Sequence record: PZ445435.1
Direction: 5' to 3' (one strand)
From: a phage
Length of the DNA: 64,000 nucleotides
How positions within the stretch are numbered: the stretch's first letter is position 1; every line of letters starts with the position of its first letter. The translations under genes and the position numbers were made by a program. The notes under the pieces are model-generated. The model searched no databases. It was not told the origin of the DNA and was given only the letters and a program-made list of their open reading frames with translations. Of this stretch, positions 33,670 through 43,083 are shown in pieces.

Positions 33670-34130
33670 TAGTAAAGGTCCTCAGAGTAAAGTTCTTTTT
33701 CACTACCACCGCGTTCAATACGTACTTGTCCAGCATAAGTTGCAATAATCATTGCTTCTTCACGTGTCCAATAATTACTATATTGGTCAATAAACCCTTG
33801 GTCATCATCACAAACTTGCTGAGTAACTAATTGAGGTTTAACTACATCTAAAACTTCTGCCATATCTTTAGAATAATGACGAGCACCTGGAATAACAAGA
33901 GTTCGTCCATCTTTTAATTTAAAACGGTTGGCTGCACAGACAATTCGTCGTTGATACTTTTGGTTTTCATCCCAGTACGCAGTCTGCCAACAGATTTCAG
34001 GAACTTCTTTCAGAATATCTTCTTCTGTGCATTTATAACCATGCGCTTTAAATTTTTCAACAAGACTTTCTGGAGTTTCACGAGATAAAGGAACATTCAG
34101 CATTTTTAAACGATTAATAAATGGGTTCAT
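33669..34130 (-). CDS. hypothetical protein (153 aa)
   Basis: ORF track. Confidence 0.45.
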   Translation of the reverse strand: MNPFINRLKMLNVPLSRETPESLVEKFKAHGYKCTEEDILKEVPEICWQTAYWDENQKYQRRIVCAANRFKLKDGRTLVIPGARHYSKDMAEVLDVVKPQLVTQQVCDDDQGFIDQYSNYWTREEAMIIATYAGQVRIERGGSEKELYSEDLY

Positions 34131-34456
34131 TTAAACCATCCTTTAATACGTTGCCACAAAGTTTTCTGCTGAGCTTTGTTAACACCAATTGAACGAATAA
34201 CCGGTTGAGATTCCTGGAATTCTTTATAATCGGCAAGGTAAATTTCGTAAGCTGCATCCGCAAATGAACTTATCGCTGCCATAAAATTATTGCGAATACC
34301 TACTGGAGCATCTTTACTTTCACGAATAATCATGTATTTACCAGTCTTAATCTTTACAATAGTTCCAAGATAAGCTCCATGGTACCAAATATCCCAACCC
34401 TCTTGAGTAGGTTCTGCGCAACGACGAAGTTCATTAACAATTTCTAACTTGTTCAT
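34127..34456 (-). CDS. hypothetical protein (109 aa)
   Basis: ORF track. Confidence 0.45.
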   Translation of the reverse strand: MNKLEIVNELRRCAEPTQEGWDIWYHGAYLGTIVKIKTGKYMIIRESKDAPVGIRNNFMAAISSFADAAYEIYLADYKEFQESQPVIRSIGVNKAQQKTLWQRIKGWFK

Positions 34457-34466
34457 TATTTATTCC

Positions 34467-35102
34467 TCACAGTTCAGATGCTACAGTGATTACTGCTTCA
34501 ATGTTTTCTGCCGAACGTCTAATGTCAAGATACACATTACCGTTTTTAGCGATTTTACATGACATTCCGATATCAGTAAATTTCTGAATATGATGTTCCA
34601 TCATTTTGTATCCAAAAATTCGCATATTTCCATTGTTGTTAATTTCAAAATTACGAATTCCGTGAGTGCGTTTTTCTAAAATGGCAAGATAATTACTACG
34701 ATAAGTTTCAACCTTTTTAAGAACAAATCCATTTTCATCTAAAAGTTTTAACATGAGGTCTTTATCTTCTTCCATATCGGAAGTAATCTCGCGAGCTTTA
34801 CGAGTTGCTCGTTTTTTCAGTAGTTCCGGAGCATTTTCCTGTGCATATAAAGTTGCTGCATTTGAAATAATATCCTGAGCTTCACCAGTAATGATTAATC
34901 CATCACCAGATTTCTCCACCAGGCCTTTTTTAATCAATACCCCAATATTACTATTAACTACTGCGTTACCTAAATCTGGATGCACCTCACGAACTTCTGC
35001 AGCTGTAATGAAATCTTTCTTAGCAATAGTAATTAAAATCGCAGCAGTTTTTTCATTCAGAACATCGTTAGAAGCTTTGATGATGTAAGTTACTTTAGAC
35101 AT
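34467..35102 (-). CDS. motA: middle transcription activator MotA
   Basis: 211 aa; matches recalled T4 MotA. Confidence 0.9.
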   Translation of the reverse strand: MSKVTYIIKASNDVLNEKTAAILITIAKKDFITAAEVREVHPDLGNAVVNSNIGVLIKKGLVEKSGDGLIITGEAQDIISNAATLYAQENAPELLKKRATRKAREITSDMEEDKDLMLKLLDENGFVLKKVETYRSNYLAILEKRTHGIRNFEINNNGNMRIFGYKMMEHHIQKFTDIGMSCKIAKNGNVYLDIRRSAENIEAVITVASEL

Positions 35103-35143
35103 TTTCTAATCTCCGTAATTCTGTATCAGTAGTTGATAGTTGT

Positions 35144-35173
35144 ATAGTACCACAGTATGCTTTGGTTGTAAAC
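35144..35173 (-). promoter_or_regulatory. T4-type early promoter upstream of motA
   Basis: GTTTACAACCAAAGCATACTGTGGTACTATACAACT on minus strand. Confidence 0.6.
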
Positions 35174-35195
35174 CGTTTTGTGAAAAAAATTTTGA

Positions 35196-35223
35196 AATAA
35201 AAAAGGAGAGCCGAGGCTCTCCC
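35196..35223 (-). terminator. rho-independent terminator downstream of the gene 52 unit
   Basis: GGAGAGCC-GAG-GGCTCTCC perfect stem followed by U6. Confidence 0.75.
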
Positions 35224-35228
35224 TAAAA

Positions 35229-35378
35229 TTACTGCATGACAGTTATCACAGTCATGATAACACGTTGAATTCCGAACGCAAGAAGACCTCCTGCTACGGC
35301 TGGAACAACGCCTAACCCTGCCAGTAAAACGCTACCAGATACTAATGCAGCGCTTGTAATACCAATGAATGGACTCAT
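35229..35378 (-). CDS. small hydrophobic membrane peptide (49 aa, not in track)
   Basis: Own translation; ATGA overlap with gene 52 stop. Confidence 0.35.
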   Translation of the reverse strand: MSPFIGITSAALVSGSVLLAGLGVVPAVAGGLLAFGIQRVIMTVITVMQ

Positions 35379-36703
35379 TTGATTTCCTCTAAATCTTTGG
35401 TGTATTCAGTAACTACATCAGTAGTTTTCCAATATTCGTTTTCTTCTTTTTTAGCTTTAGCTTCTTCAGCAAGTTTCTTTGCTTCGTCGGAAGTCATATG
35501 AAAAATATTCATACCAACTAGTTTATCAACATAAGAAGAATACATCTCAATTTTAGAAAGTTCTTCAGTCAGTTCTTTGCGAGTTTTACCCTGCACAACG
35601 ATTTCGCCTGAAATTACTTTCTTAATGAAATGTGCCTTGGCAAAGGCTAAACGAAAAGCTGATTCAGTTTCTTTGATTTTGTTATCAATTCGTTTTTGGA
35701 CATAAGTTTTACGAACTTCAACAAAGTCTTTAATTAAATCAACTACATTATCGTAAACTTGTAGCTTTCCTTTCTCATTAATAACGGTGATATTCTGGGA
35801 ACGACGCTCAATCAACCCAAAGTCTTTCATGATTTTTGCATGGCGTTCTTCTTCGTTATCGCTTAAGGAATATTCTTTACGGAATTTAACTTTGAAGCCA
35901 AAACCATGCTCACCGCAAGCATCATCCCACGTAATGAAGCCTTTATCTTCAAGCGGGTCTAAGATTTTACTCACATAAGTTTCACGATCATACTTATACG
36001 GAATCTCAGTGATATGCATTTGAGTTCGTGAAGTAAACTTGTATGTTCCACGAATTTCATATTGACCGTCAATTTCAACGACTTCACCGCGAAATTCTGG
36101 GAATTCTACCTTCGGTTTAGTTACTTTCTTTCCTTGAAGAGCTTGCAGTACAGCTTTCTTGACAGAAGAAACGCTATGAGGAAGAATGTAAGTTGCATAA
36201 CCAGTTGCAATACCGGAAACACCATTAAGAAGAACAGTAGGAATAATAGGCAAATAGAAAGCAGGCGGAATGTGTTCTTTATCTTGATGTACCGGAGCAT
36301 ATTCAGTATCTTTATATACATTATAGAAATTTTTACTTACACGAGCAAAAATATAACGACTTGCCGCTGCTTTTTGAACGGTACGAGAACCAAAGTTTCC
36401 TTGACCATCTAACAAAGGAAAGTTATTATTCCAAGTGTTAGCCATCAAAGCACCTGCGTCTTGCGCAGAGTTTTCACCATGATGATATCCAAGGTCTGCT
36501 ACACCGCCTGCAATAGAAGCGAGTTTGTGAAACTTATCTTTATTTCCTCGTGCCAAATCAAGAGCTCGAGCAATAACAAATCGTTGAACTGGCTTAAATC
36601 CATCAATCATATTTGGGATAGCACGATTTTCAACCGTGTACATAGCATAAGCCAATGCTTCATTATCAATGATACTTTTTAAATCGCGATTATTCAGTTG
36701 CAT
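35375..36703 (-). CDS. 52: DNA topoisomerase II medium subunit gp52
   Basis: 442 aa; GyrA-like N-terminal domain, size and synteny. Confidence 0.9.
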   Translation of the reverse strand: MQLNNRDLKSIIDNEALAYAMYTVENRAIPNMIDGFKPVQRFVIARALDLARGNKDKFHKLASIAGGVADLGYHHGENSAQDAGALMANTWNNNFPLLDGQGNFGSRTVQKAAASRYIFARVSKNFYNVYKDTEYAPVHQDKEHIPPAFYLPIIPTVLLNGVSGIATGYATYILPHSVSSVKKAVLQALQGKKVTKPKVEFPEFRGEVVEIDGQYEIRGTYKFTSRTQMHITEIPYKYDRETYVSKILDPLEDKGFITWDDACGEHGFGFKVKFRKEYSLSDNEEERHAKIMKDFGLIERRSQNITVINEKGKLQVYDNVVDLIKDFVEVRKTYVQKRIDNKIKETESAFRLAFAKAHFIKKVISGEIVVQGKTRKELTEELSKIEMYSSYVDKLVGMNIFHMTSDEAKKLAEEAKAKKEENEYWKTTDVVTEYTKDLEEIK

Positions 36704-36707
36704 AAAT

Positions 36708-36848
36708 TTACCATACTAGTGAATGTAGTGCCATAATAACATCAGAAATGAAAAGCACGACTTGAATTAATCCGAACATTATTCCGTAATATAATGCTAT
36801 CAATAAAATAGCAAGGGCTAATGAATAGCCCAAGATTTTCTTAATCAT
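36708..36848 (-). CDS. small membrane peptide (46 aa, not in track)
   Basis: Own translation; hydrophobic. Confidence 0.3.
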   Translation of the reverse strand: MIKKILGYSLALAILLIALYYGIMFGLIQVVLFISDVIMALHSLVW

Positions 36849-36999
36849 TAGTAGATAACAACACAAATGTTAAATATGCACACATACCCTGAGCTAAAGC
36901 TTGCGAAAACACACTGCTGGCATCAATACAGATAGTTAAAACACATGCTACTATCCAACAAATAAATGAAATAACTCCTAATAATTTTGCAATATTCAT
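36841..36999 (-). CDS. small membrane protein (52 aa), possible ac homologue
   Basis: Own translation; GAGGA SD; position downstream of stp as in T4. Confidence 0.35.
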   Translation of the reverse strand: MNIAKLLGVISFICWIVACVLTICIDASSVFSQALAQGMCAYLTFVLLSTND

Positions 37000-37006
37000 A
37001 TTTTCC

Positions 37007-37087
37007 TCACTGGTGTCCGAAGACGCCTTTGGTTTTAAGATTGTTACGATAGAACTGCATCACGTGTTCGTTGTGGAAATTACTCAT
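37007..37087 (-). CDS. stp: Stp peptide (26 aa, anti-restriction peptide that activates PrrC)
   Basis: Own translation [26 protein letters not shown], matches recalled T4 Stp. Confidence 0.7.
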   Translation of the reverse strand: MSNFHNEHVMQFYRNNLKTKGVFGHQ

Positions 37088-37545
37088 TAATATGCCTGCA
37101 AAACAAATTTAAAGTTATCAGCCAACATACGGTTCATTTCTTCAAGTGTTTGATACTCAGAATGATGATTACGAGTAAACGCTAAAGCTAACTGTCCTTT
37201 TCCAAATCCCGTCGTCAGAGGTTTCATCTTAGAAGCAGGCAGATAAAATACTGTGTATACCATATTGTTATTTGCAATAGTACGTGCAAGCTGAGACCGA
37301 CGTTGACGAATATGACTTAGAACTGCACTGAATCCTTGCTTAGAACGCTGATTACCTACATAAAATCGTGCAGACACACATGGATTACTAAATGGACGAC
37401 CATCTAATTTACTTACTAAAAAGTAAAATCCAGGTTTAGATAAAATGTCTTTATGCGGAGTTCCCAAAAACCATTCACCGCCCTTGATTGTGCCAATAAC
37501 AGTAGCGCCTGCATTATTCAGATCAGTAACAGTCATGTATTTCAT
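37087..37545 (-). CDS. ndd: nucleoid disruption protein Ndd
   Basis: About 152 aa from internal [12 protein letters not shown]; matches recalled T4 Ndd. Confidence 0.8.
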
Positions 37546-37605
37546 ATTAATTTCCTCTAAATTATTTTCTACTCCAAGGCCGCATGAATACACGCGGCCA
37601 TTAAA

Positions 37606-37821
37606 TTAATCGTCGCAGTCGACGCTCAATTCCCAAAACTCTTCTACGGTATAAGTTTCAGTATCATTTTCAATACAGAAACGTTCATTACTGTTATTTG
37701 CTAAAGTAGCGTTAACTGTCATTTTCTCGCTGGTGCTCTTAAGAGGTGAAATACGAATTAACTGATCACCACTATCCAAGCAAAAAATTTCACCAACTTT
37801 TACATCTTTAAAGATTTTCAT
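37606..37821 (-). CDS. hypothetical protein (71 aa)
   Basis: ORF track. Confidence 0.4.
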   Translation of the reverse strand: MKIFKDVKVGEIFCLDSGDQLIRISPLKSTSEKMTVNATLANNSNERFCIENDTETYTVEEFWELSVDCDD

Positions 37822-37936
37822 AATTCACCTCAAGGAGTATAAAATCCAAATGCAGTTGTTGACCATCCCATCCAATATGGAAAATTTGCACCAATGTAAA
37901 ACATAAGAATATAAAACCAAATGTTTAGTAAATTCA

Positions 37937-38155
37937 TCATTTTACACCATTCCAAATTGTTTCAACTACGGATTTTAAACCATTCTGATGAATATCCATT
38001 CCGACTACCGCCATCAAATAGATTCCAACTACAACTGAACCTAAGGCAAAAATCAGCATGAAAATGAATAAAGCCGGAAAAATATTATCGAAAAACCATT
38101 CAATAAATGTAAAAGCACTGCGTTTACGCTTCATATTTTCCTCACATAAATCCAA
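37937..38155 (-). CDS. small membrane protein (72 aa)
   Basis: Two predicted TM helices. Confidence 0.4.
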   Translation of the reverse strand: MDLCEENMKRKRSAFTFIEWFFDNIFPALFIFMLIFALGSVVVGIYLMAVVGMDIHQNGLKSVVETIWNGVK

Positions 38156-38255
38156 AGTAAACGTTTAATACATCAATCATTAAAACGATTGGGAATATAC
38201 TCAAAACTACTAGTATTATAACTACATTCCATATAGCTTTAACAATCTTTTTCAT
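38142..38255 (-). CDS. small single-TM peptide (37 aa, internal start of track ORF)
   Basis: Start follows promoter and GGAGGA SD. Confidence 0.35.
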   Translation of the reverse strand: MKKIVKAIWNVVIILVVLSIFPIVLMIDVLNVYFGFM

Positions 38256-38283
38256 TTTCTGTTCCTCCGTAGTTGATAGGGTA

Positions 38284-38313
38284 ATAGTACCACGGAAGAA
38301 CAGTCTTGTAAAC
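38284..38313 (-). promoter_or_regulatory. T4-type early promoter with conserved leader cassette
   Basis: Near-identical to the 18003 and 38791 copies. Confidence 0.55.
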
Positions 38314-38498
38314 AACTTTTTTAAAAATATTCGTAATAAATGTGAATACCAACTACTACCGCTGAAACCTGTGCAACCCACCACGCACAAGCAATAAGTA
38401 CAGAATTCAAAATTTTCATAATAACCTCATCACAAAAGTAAATGTTAAACAAATTACTGGAATACTAATTAACCAAACAAAACACCACCATAATGAAC

Positions 38499-38762
38499 TC
38501 ATAGTTCAATCTCAGCGATTTTCATTTTATTACTATTAATAGCCTCTTTAAGACTATCTGAAAGAATTACATTCCAGTGGTCATTCATATGACCATTAAC
38601 TAAGCGTGTAATTTCTTCAGGAGTTGAAAAATAAGGCTGATCAGACTCCCAATGCGATAATCCTAAGCGAGTATAAATCATGCCTTCATCATCGCTAGAA
38701 TATTCAACTGACACAAACTCATCAGTTATTTTATGTTTAGCGTAATAAAATTTAAATTTCAT
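38499..38762 (-). CDS. hypothetical protein (87 aa)
   Basis: ORF track. Confidence 0.45.
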   Translation of the reverse strand: MKFKFYYAKHKITDEFVSVEYSSDDEGMIYTRLGLSHWESDQPYFSTPEEITRLVNGHMNDHWNVILSDSLKEAINSNKMKIAEIEL

Positions 38763-38790
38763 TTTCCGCTCCTCCGTAGTTGATAGGGTA

Positions 38791-38820
38791 ATAGTACCAC
38801 GGTCCTTGTGGTATGTAAAC
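38791..38820 (-). promoter_or_regulatory. T4-type early promoter with conserved leader cassette
   Basis: GTTTACA...TGGTACTAT then CCCTATCAACTACGGAGGAG. Confidence 0.55.
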
Positions 38821-38838
38821 CGTTTTGTGAAAAAATTT

Positions 38839-39396
38839 TTAAATGGAAAGATACCATCCGTTGTAGTTGCTTTTTCTTACAACCCTACGAAGGTCTTCTC
38901 TGTCACCGATGAACTTCGGAGTGTACTGGATGACACCTGGATGAATTTCTTTAGTGTTGAATATAATTATACAGTCAGCGACTTGATGATTTAGAATGGG
39001 CCCTAAATTTATTCCAGAACCATATGGATACTCTCCGCTGCATCCCGTTGTTACCGAAATCCAACGCGAGTCAGTTTGATGTGTTTTGACTTCTACACGA
39101 AGCCCGCAATATTTTGGATGCGCTAAAACATCCCATGCATACGTGTACGGATCATCGACATTTTCTTGGCCTTTATTGACATATCCGCTTAGCCAATCTG
39201 CCACAAAAAACTCTGCGTACACAGCGATACGGCATCTTTCGATAACTTCTGCTTTATCCTGGTTCGGGTTTTGTTTTAAAGAGTATCTTGCTGTATCAGC
39301 AATTTTGACCTTCATTTCACTAGTCAAGTCACTGTTCGATAGGGTAAATGTCGGAATCTGAAATAGTCTCTGTAAACCCGGATTCGTTTTCTGCAT
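38839..39396 (-). CDS. denB: probable endonuclease IV (DenB), by size and synteny
   Basis: 185 aa adjacent to rIIB. Confidence 0.55.
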   Translation of the reverse strand: MQKTNPGLQRLFQIPTFTLSNSDLTSEMKVKIADTARYSLKQNPNQDKAEVIERCRIAVYAEFFVADWLSGYVNKGQENVDDPYTYAWDVLAHPKYCGLRVEVKTHQTDSRWISVTTGCSGEYPYGSGINLGPILNHQVADCIIIFNTKEIHPGVIQYTPKFIGDREDLRRVVRKSNYNGWYLSI

Positions 39397-39443
39397 TTAA
39401 ACTTTCCTTTATGTCGGAATCATAATTTCTCTTAAAACAAAAG

Positions 39444-39462
39444 GGCCGAAGCCCTTATTTTA
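39444..39462 (-). terminator. hairpin AAGGGC-UUCG-GCCCUU followed by U-rich tract
   Basis: Perfect stem then UUGUUUU on minus strand. Confidence 0.45.
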
Positions 39463-39654
39463 TTTGAATTGTGCGATTCTTTTCTCTAGACACTCAGCAT
39501 AAGATTTCATTGAGATGAACTGTGAAAGCAGCAGTTCTTGCTCAACTGCACTAACCGTTAGAAACTTTGTGCTTTCTAAAAATTTGCTCAGTGCATTAAT
39601 TTTGAGCATTAATTGATCGTATTCTTCTTTTACTCGTGCTTGATAACCTAACAT
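39460..39654 (-). CDS. hypothetical protein (64 aa)
   Basis: ORF track. Confidence 0.4.
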   Translation of the reverse strand: MLGYQARVKEEYDQLMLKINALSKFLESTKFLTVSAVEQELLLSQFISMKSYAECLEKRIAQFK

Positions 39655-39667
39655 AATTTTCCTTAAT

Positions 39668-39690
39668 ATGATAAGGGCCGAAGCCCTTAT
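39668..39690 (-). promoter_or_regulatory. intercistronic UUCG stem-loop upstream of RBS
   Basis: UAAGGGC-UUCG-GCCCUUA perfect stem. Confidence 0.4.
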
Positions 39691-40625
39691 TTAAATTGTT
39701 CAGTAACGTCTTCAACTACTTCGTATTGGCAGGTACGCATTTTAGCATCGTTGTAATCAATCGGAATTGATACTACATCACGTGGATGTACTTTAACTTT
39801 TACAACTCGGCTGGTTGAACTGCCAAAGTGACGAATATAAGATTTAGAACACACATGCAGACCACGAGAACAAGTTTGTGTATCATCGTCATTTACACGA
39901 GTACGCGGCATTTTAACTACTTTACCAGGACTGTTATCAAAGGTGTTTGAGTGACAGTCAAAGTAGTTGTCACGAACTACTTTCCAAGCATAGAAGTAAC
40001 CATCTTCTGTAATTTCAATATCGTTTGCTACCAAGAAATCAAAGAGTCGAGATACCGCTTTCTGGCTTGGGTTTTCCAGCAGATTTTCCAAGAACGGAAA
40101 ATAAAATTCAAAGTTTTCACCTTTTTCCATCGAATCGAGAATACGATCAACTAAACCAGACCGTAATTCGATATTTTGATAGAACAAGCTTCCGCCTTCA
40201 ATTCGAACATCGCCGGAAATATATTTTTCAACAGCGCGACGAACATTAATTTTTTGTGCCGCTTCTTCCAACTTATCTGCTACAAGCAGATTAAGAATTT
40301 CCTGGAAGTTTGAATGAGTATTAGGAGTTGCGTTATAAGTTACACCGTCAACAGTAATTGAAATGAATTTTTTAGATGCATTCCAAATAATGTCAGATTT
40401 AGCAACTGGAGCAATAACTGCATCGCTATTAACTTTAATTGTAATATCACCGCTAATAGTAACTTTAGAGCGTTTAGCTTCTTCAGCATTTTTCAAAACA
40501 CGACGAATTGTGTCAACCGATACACCTTGCCAATCAGCCAATTCCTGTTGGGTGTAATTACCACTTGAATACAGCTTAACAATTTCAGCTTGTTCGTTTT
40601 TGGTCAGGCATTTAATATTGTACAT
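39687..40625 (-). CDS. rIIB: rIIB protein
   Basis: 312 aa; N-terminus and size match T4 rIIB. Confidence 0.9.
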   Translation of the reverse strand: MYNIKCLTKNEQAEIVKLYSSGNYTQQELADWQGVSVDTIRRVLKNAEEAKRSKVTISGDITIKVNSDAVIAPVAKSDIIWNASKKFISITVDGVTYNATPNTHSNFQEILNLLVADKLEEAAQKINVRRAVEKYISGDVRIEGGSLFYQNIELRSGLVDRILDSMEKGENFEFYFPFLENLLENPSQKAVSRLFDFLVANDIEITEDGYFYAWKVVRDNYFDCHSNTFDNSPGKVVKMPRTRVNDDDTQTCSRGLHVCSKSYIRHFGSSTSRVVKVKVHPRDVVSIPIDYNDAKMRTCQYEVVEDVTEQFK

Positions 40626-40636
40626 AATTTTCCTTA

Positions 40637-42814
40637 TTAGGCCGCAAGGGCCTTCATAGTTTTAGCGATTTGGGAAACTTCATCATCACTTAAAGAGTTG
40701 CGATAACCGATGAAGTCGGAAACAATACGGAATTTCTTGGTAAACTCAGCAACCATTTTATCACTATTTTTTGAAGCATTACGTGATAATTCATCAAAGA
40801 GATTAGTTACTGTCCAGATATCATGACCGATGGTATCTTTTCCACCATTGAAATACACACCGCGTAATGAACTAACCATATTACCAAGTCGTGTATATTC
40901 TTCAGAAACTTCATCTGTACTGAAGTACTTCATCATAAAATCTAGTTCAGGATACTTGATAATTTTATCAATATATCGTTGAGCTGAACTTGAATAACCT
41001 ACATACTTATCATAATCTACATCATCAAAAGCATCTACATATAAATCACGCAAAGCTTCAAAAATACATTGGCACTGACCGAGTTCTTTTACCTTTTTCT
41101 GTAAAAGCGGACGAATAACATAAAATTCATTAATGCCAATAAGATTAGCCATACGAATCAAAATATTCATAGATGGATGACAAAGAGATGTAGTACCATC
41201 CATAGAGAAAATATCAGAACGATGCATATACGCTACATAACCAGTAATTTCATCTGCTTCTGATGTGAGCGTAAATAATTCCTCTTTTTCCCAGCGCCCG
41301 TCTTTAATTTCAAACTTAAATGCTGTAGCAGCTTTAGGACGAGGAGCTTTACTTTTAACTACCTTTGGAATATAGCTTTTAACTAAAGCTTCAATTTCTG
41401 ACAAATAATGAATGTTAACTTCATCACTTTCAAACATCGCCATAATATCAGGAAGTAAATCAATCTGCGATTCTACTTCTGGATTAATAAACAGAAGACG
41501 CTCATTATGATGAATATTCAAAGTGTTATTAAATTCACTATCATCTAACGCTCGTGCTAATCCACGAACAATATTAACACGATTTTTAATATTATCAATA
41601 ACAATATTAATTTTTGTTGTATTAATACCAAACAGACGATAACTTGATGCAACAGCTGAAGTTTCATGACTTTGCTTAATGCGCTTCAGTCGAGGGTCAA
41701 GATTTACTTCATACACAACTCCTGCATTGCATAACTTACTATCAGGTTCAAACATGCTTTGCATCTTCTTATATGACAGATTTTTAGTCGTAAATTTGAC
41801 TGAATTACTAATCATATAATCTCGAGCAGAATACCCCATCTTCATCAATTCACGATATGTATGACGAGGAGATGTAGATTCTTTAAATCGTTTTACATCT
41901 TCATTGAATGCCTTCTCACTAAGCTCTTTAACACGCTCAATAATATTTTTACGGGTACGATCATCTAATGAAAGAGCTTCGCGTGATGGAGCAATATCAA
42001 GTGAACCCATTGGAAACTTAATGTAATTCACTTCATTGCGGATGCTTAACCAGTTACGGTCTCTAATAACACCATCGATAGGATAAACAATACCACCATA
42101 GATAGCATACAATCCACCACGATCTGGCCAGTATCTTTCTGGATTTACGCCGTAATAGTCATCAAAATCCGGAAAATAATCAATTTCGCGGTCAAGACCG
42201 TTAATAATAGCCAAATCTTTGAATGGTCGCATGATATAAGAAACTTCATAAGCAAAGTTTCTAAAGTCTTTTTCTTCAACTGGAACTACGATTTCAATAC
42301 CAGTTTTATCATTTGGACCCATTTCTTTTACGAATGTAGGTTTAATTTGTGGACCATCGCCATCCATGTAAGCTACATAACCACGAATTTCGCCTTTATG
42401 ATATGAAGTAATACTAAATGTATCAGTATAACTAAACGGAGATTTAGAACCTAAACCAAATCCGCCAATGAAATCGTTAGATTCAGCCTTAGATGAACTA
42501 AAGTATGAATTATACAACCCAGGAGAATTATCATCACCTTGAATATCAAAATCGCTCATACCCGGACCAAAATCTCGGCAAACAAATCGCGGATCTAATC
42601 GTCCTGGAACTTGAATGATAAATTTTTCAGGATTTCCATTGAGAGCATGGGCATCAATCATGTTGGTAATCAATTCACGGACTACTGCGCGAATCTTGTT
42701 TGTATACAAATCAGATGACAGAATTTTAAATACTTTAGGAGATGCTGTGATGCTAAATGCTTTTGATTTAGAACCATTGCCAAGAATTGTTTCTTTTTCA
42801 GTGGTGATAATCAT
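40637..42814 (-). CDS. rIIA: rIIA protein
   Basis: 725 aa; synteny. Confidence 0.9.
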   Translation of the reverse strand: MIITTEKETILGNGSKSKAFSITASPKVFKILSSDLYTNKIRAVVRELITNMIDAHALNGNPEKFIIQVPGRLDPRFVCRDFGPGMSDFDIQGDDNSPGLYNSYFSSSKAESNDFIGGFGLGSKSPFSYTDTFSITSYHKGEIRGYVAYMDGDGPQIKPTFVKEMGPNDKTGIEIVVPVEEKDFRNFAYEVSYIMRPFKDLAIINGLDREIDYFPDFDDYYGVNPERYWPDRGGLYAIYGGIVYPIDGVIRDRNWLSIRNEVNYIKFPMGSLDIAPSREALSLDDRTRKNIIERVKELSEKAFNEDVKRFKESTSPRHTYRELMKMGYSARDYMISNSVKFTTKNLSYKKMQSMFEPDSKLCNAGVVYEVNLDPRLKRIKQSHETSAVASSYRLFGINTTKINIVIDNIKNRVNIVRGLARALDDSEFNNTLNIHHNERLLFINPEVESQIDLLPDIMAMFESDEVNIHYLSEIEALVKSYIPKVVKSKAPRPKAATAFKFEIKDGRWEKEELFTLTSEADEITGYVAYMHRSDIFSMDGTTSLCHPSMNILIRMANLIGINEFYVIRPLLQKKVKELGQCQCIFEALRDLYVDAFDDVDYDKYVGYSSSAQRYIDKIIKYPELDFMMKYFSTDEVSEEYTRLGNMVSSLRGVYFNGGKDTIGHDIWTVTNLFDELSRNASKNSDKMVAEFTKKFRIVSDFIGYRNSLSDDEVSQIAKTMKALAA

Positions 42815-42824
42815 AATTTCCTCA

Positions 42825-43028
42825 TTAATTCATATTGCGTTTAATAACTTCAGCAACTTCTAGTAGTTCATCTTTAGTTGCGGTGTCGGATTGAATTTTA
42901 TCTCTAATATCCTTAAAGCGGTTTTTAAACTCTTCGGCTTCTCCCATATCGAAAAAGCGTTGAATGATTCTATATTCTCGATGAACTGCTTTATCAAAAA
43001 GTTCTAAATTTACTTTATATGATTTCAT
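42825..43028 (-). CDS. hypothetical protein (67 aa)
   Basis: ORF track. Confidence 0.4.
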   Translation of the reverse strand: MKSYKVNLELFDKAVHREYRIIQRFFDMGEAEEFKNRFKDIRDKIQSDTATKDELLEVAEVIKRNMN

Positions 43029-43053
43029 TTCAATATCCTCATTTGCCCAATTA

Positions 43054-43083
43054 ATTATACCACATCCTTGTGGTAAAGTAAAC
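43054..43083 (-). promoter_or_regulatory. T4-type early promoter (palindrome CCACATCCTTGTGG in spacer)
   Basis: GTTTAC ... GTATAAT on minus strand. Confidence 0.5.
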
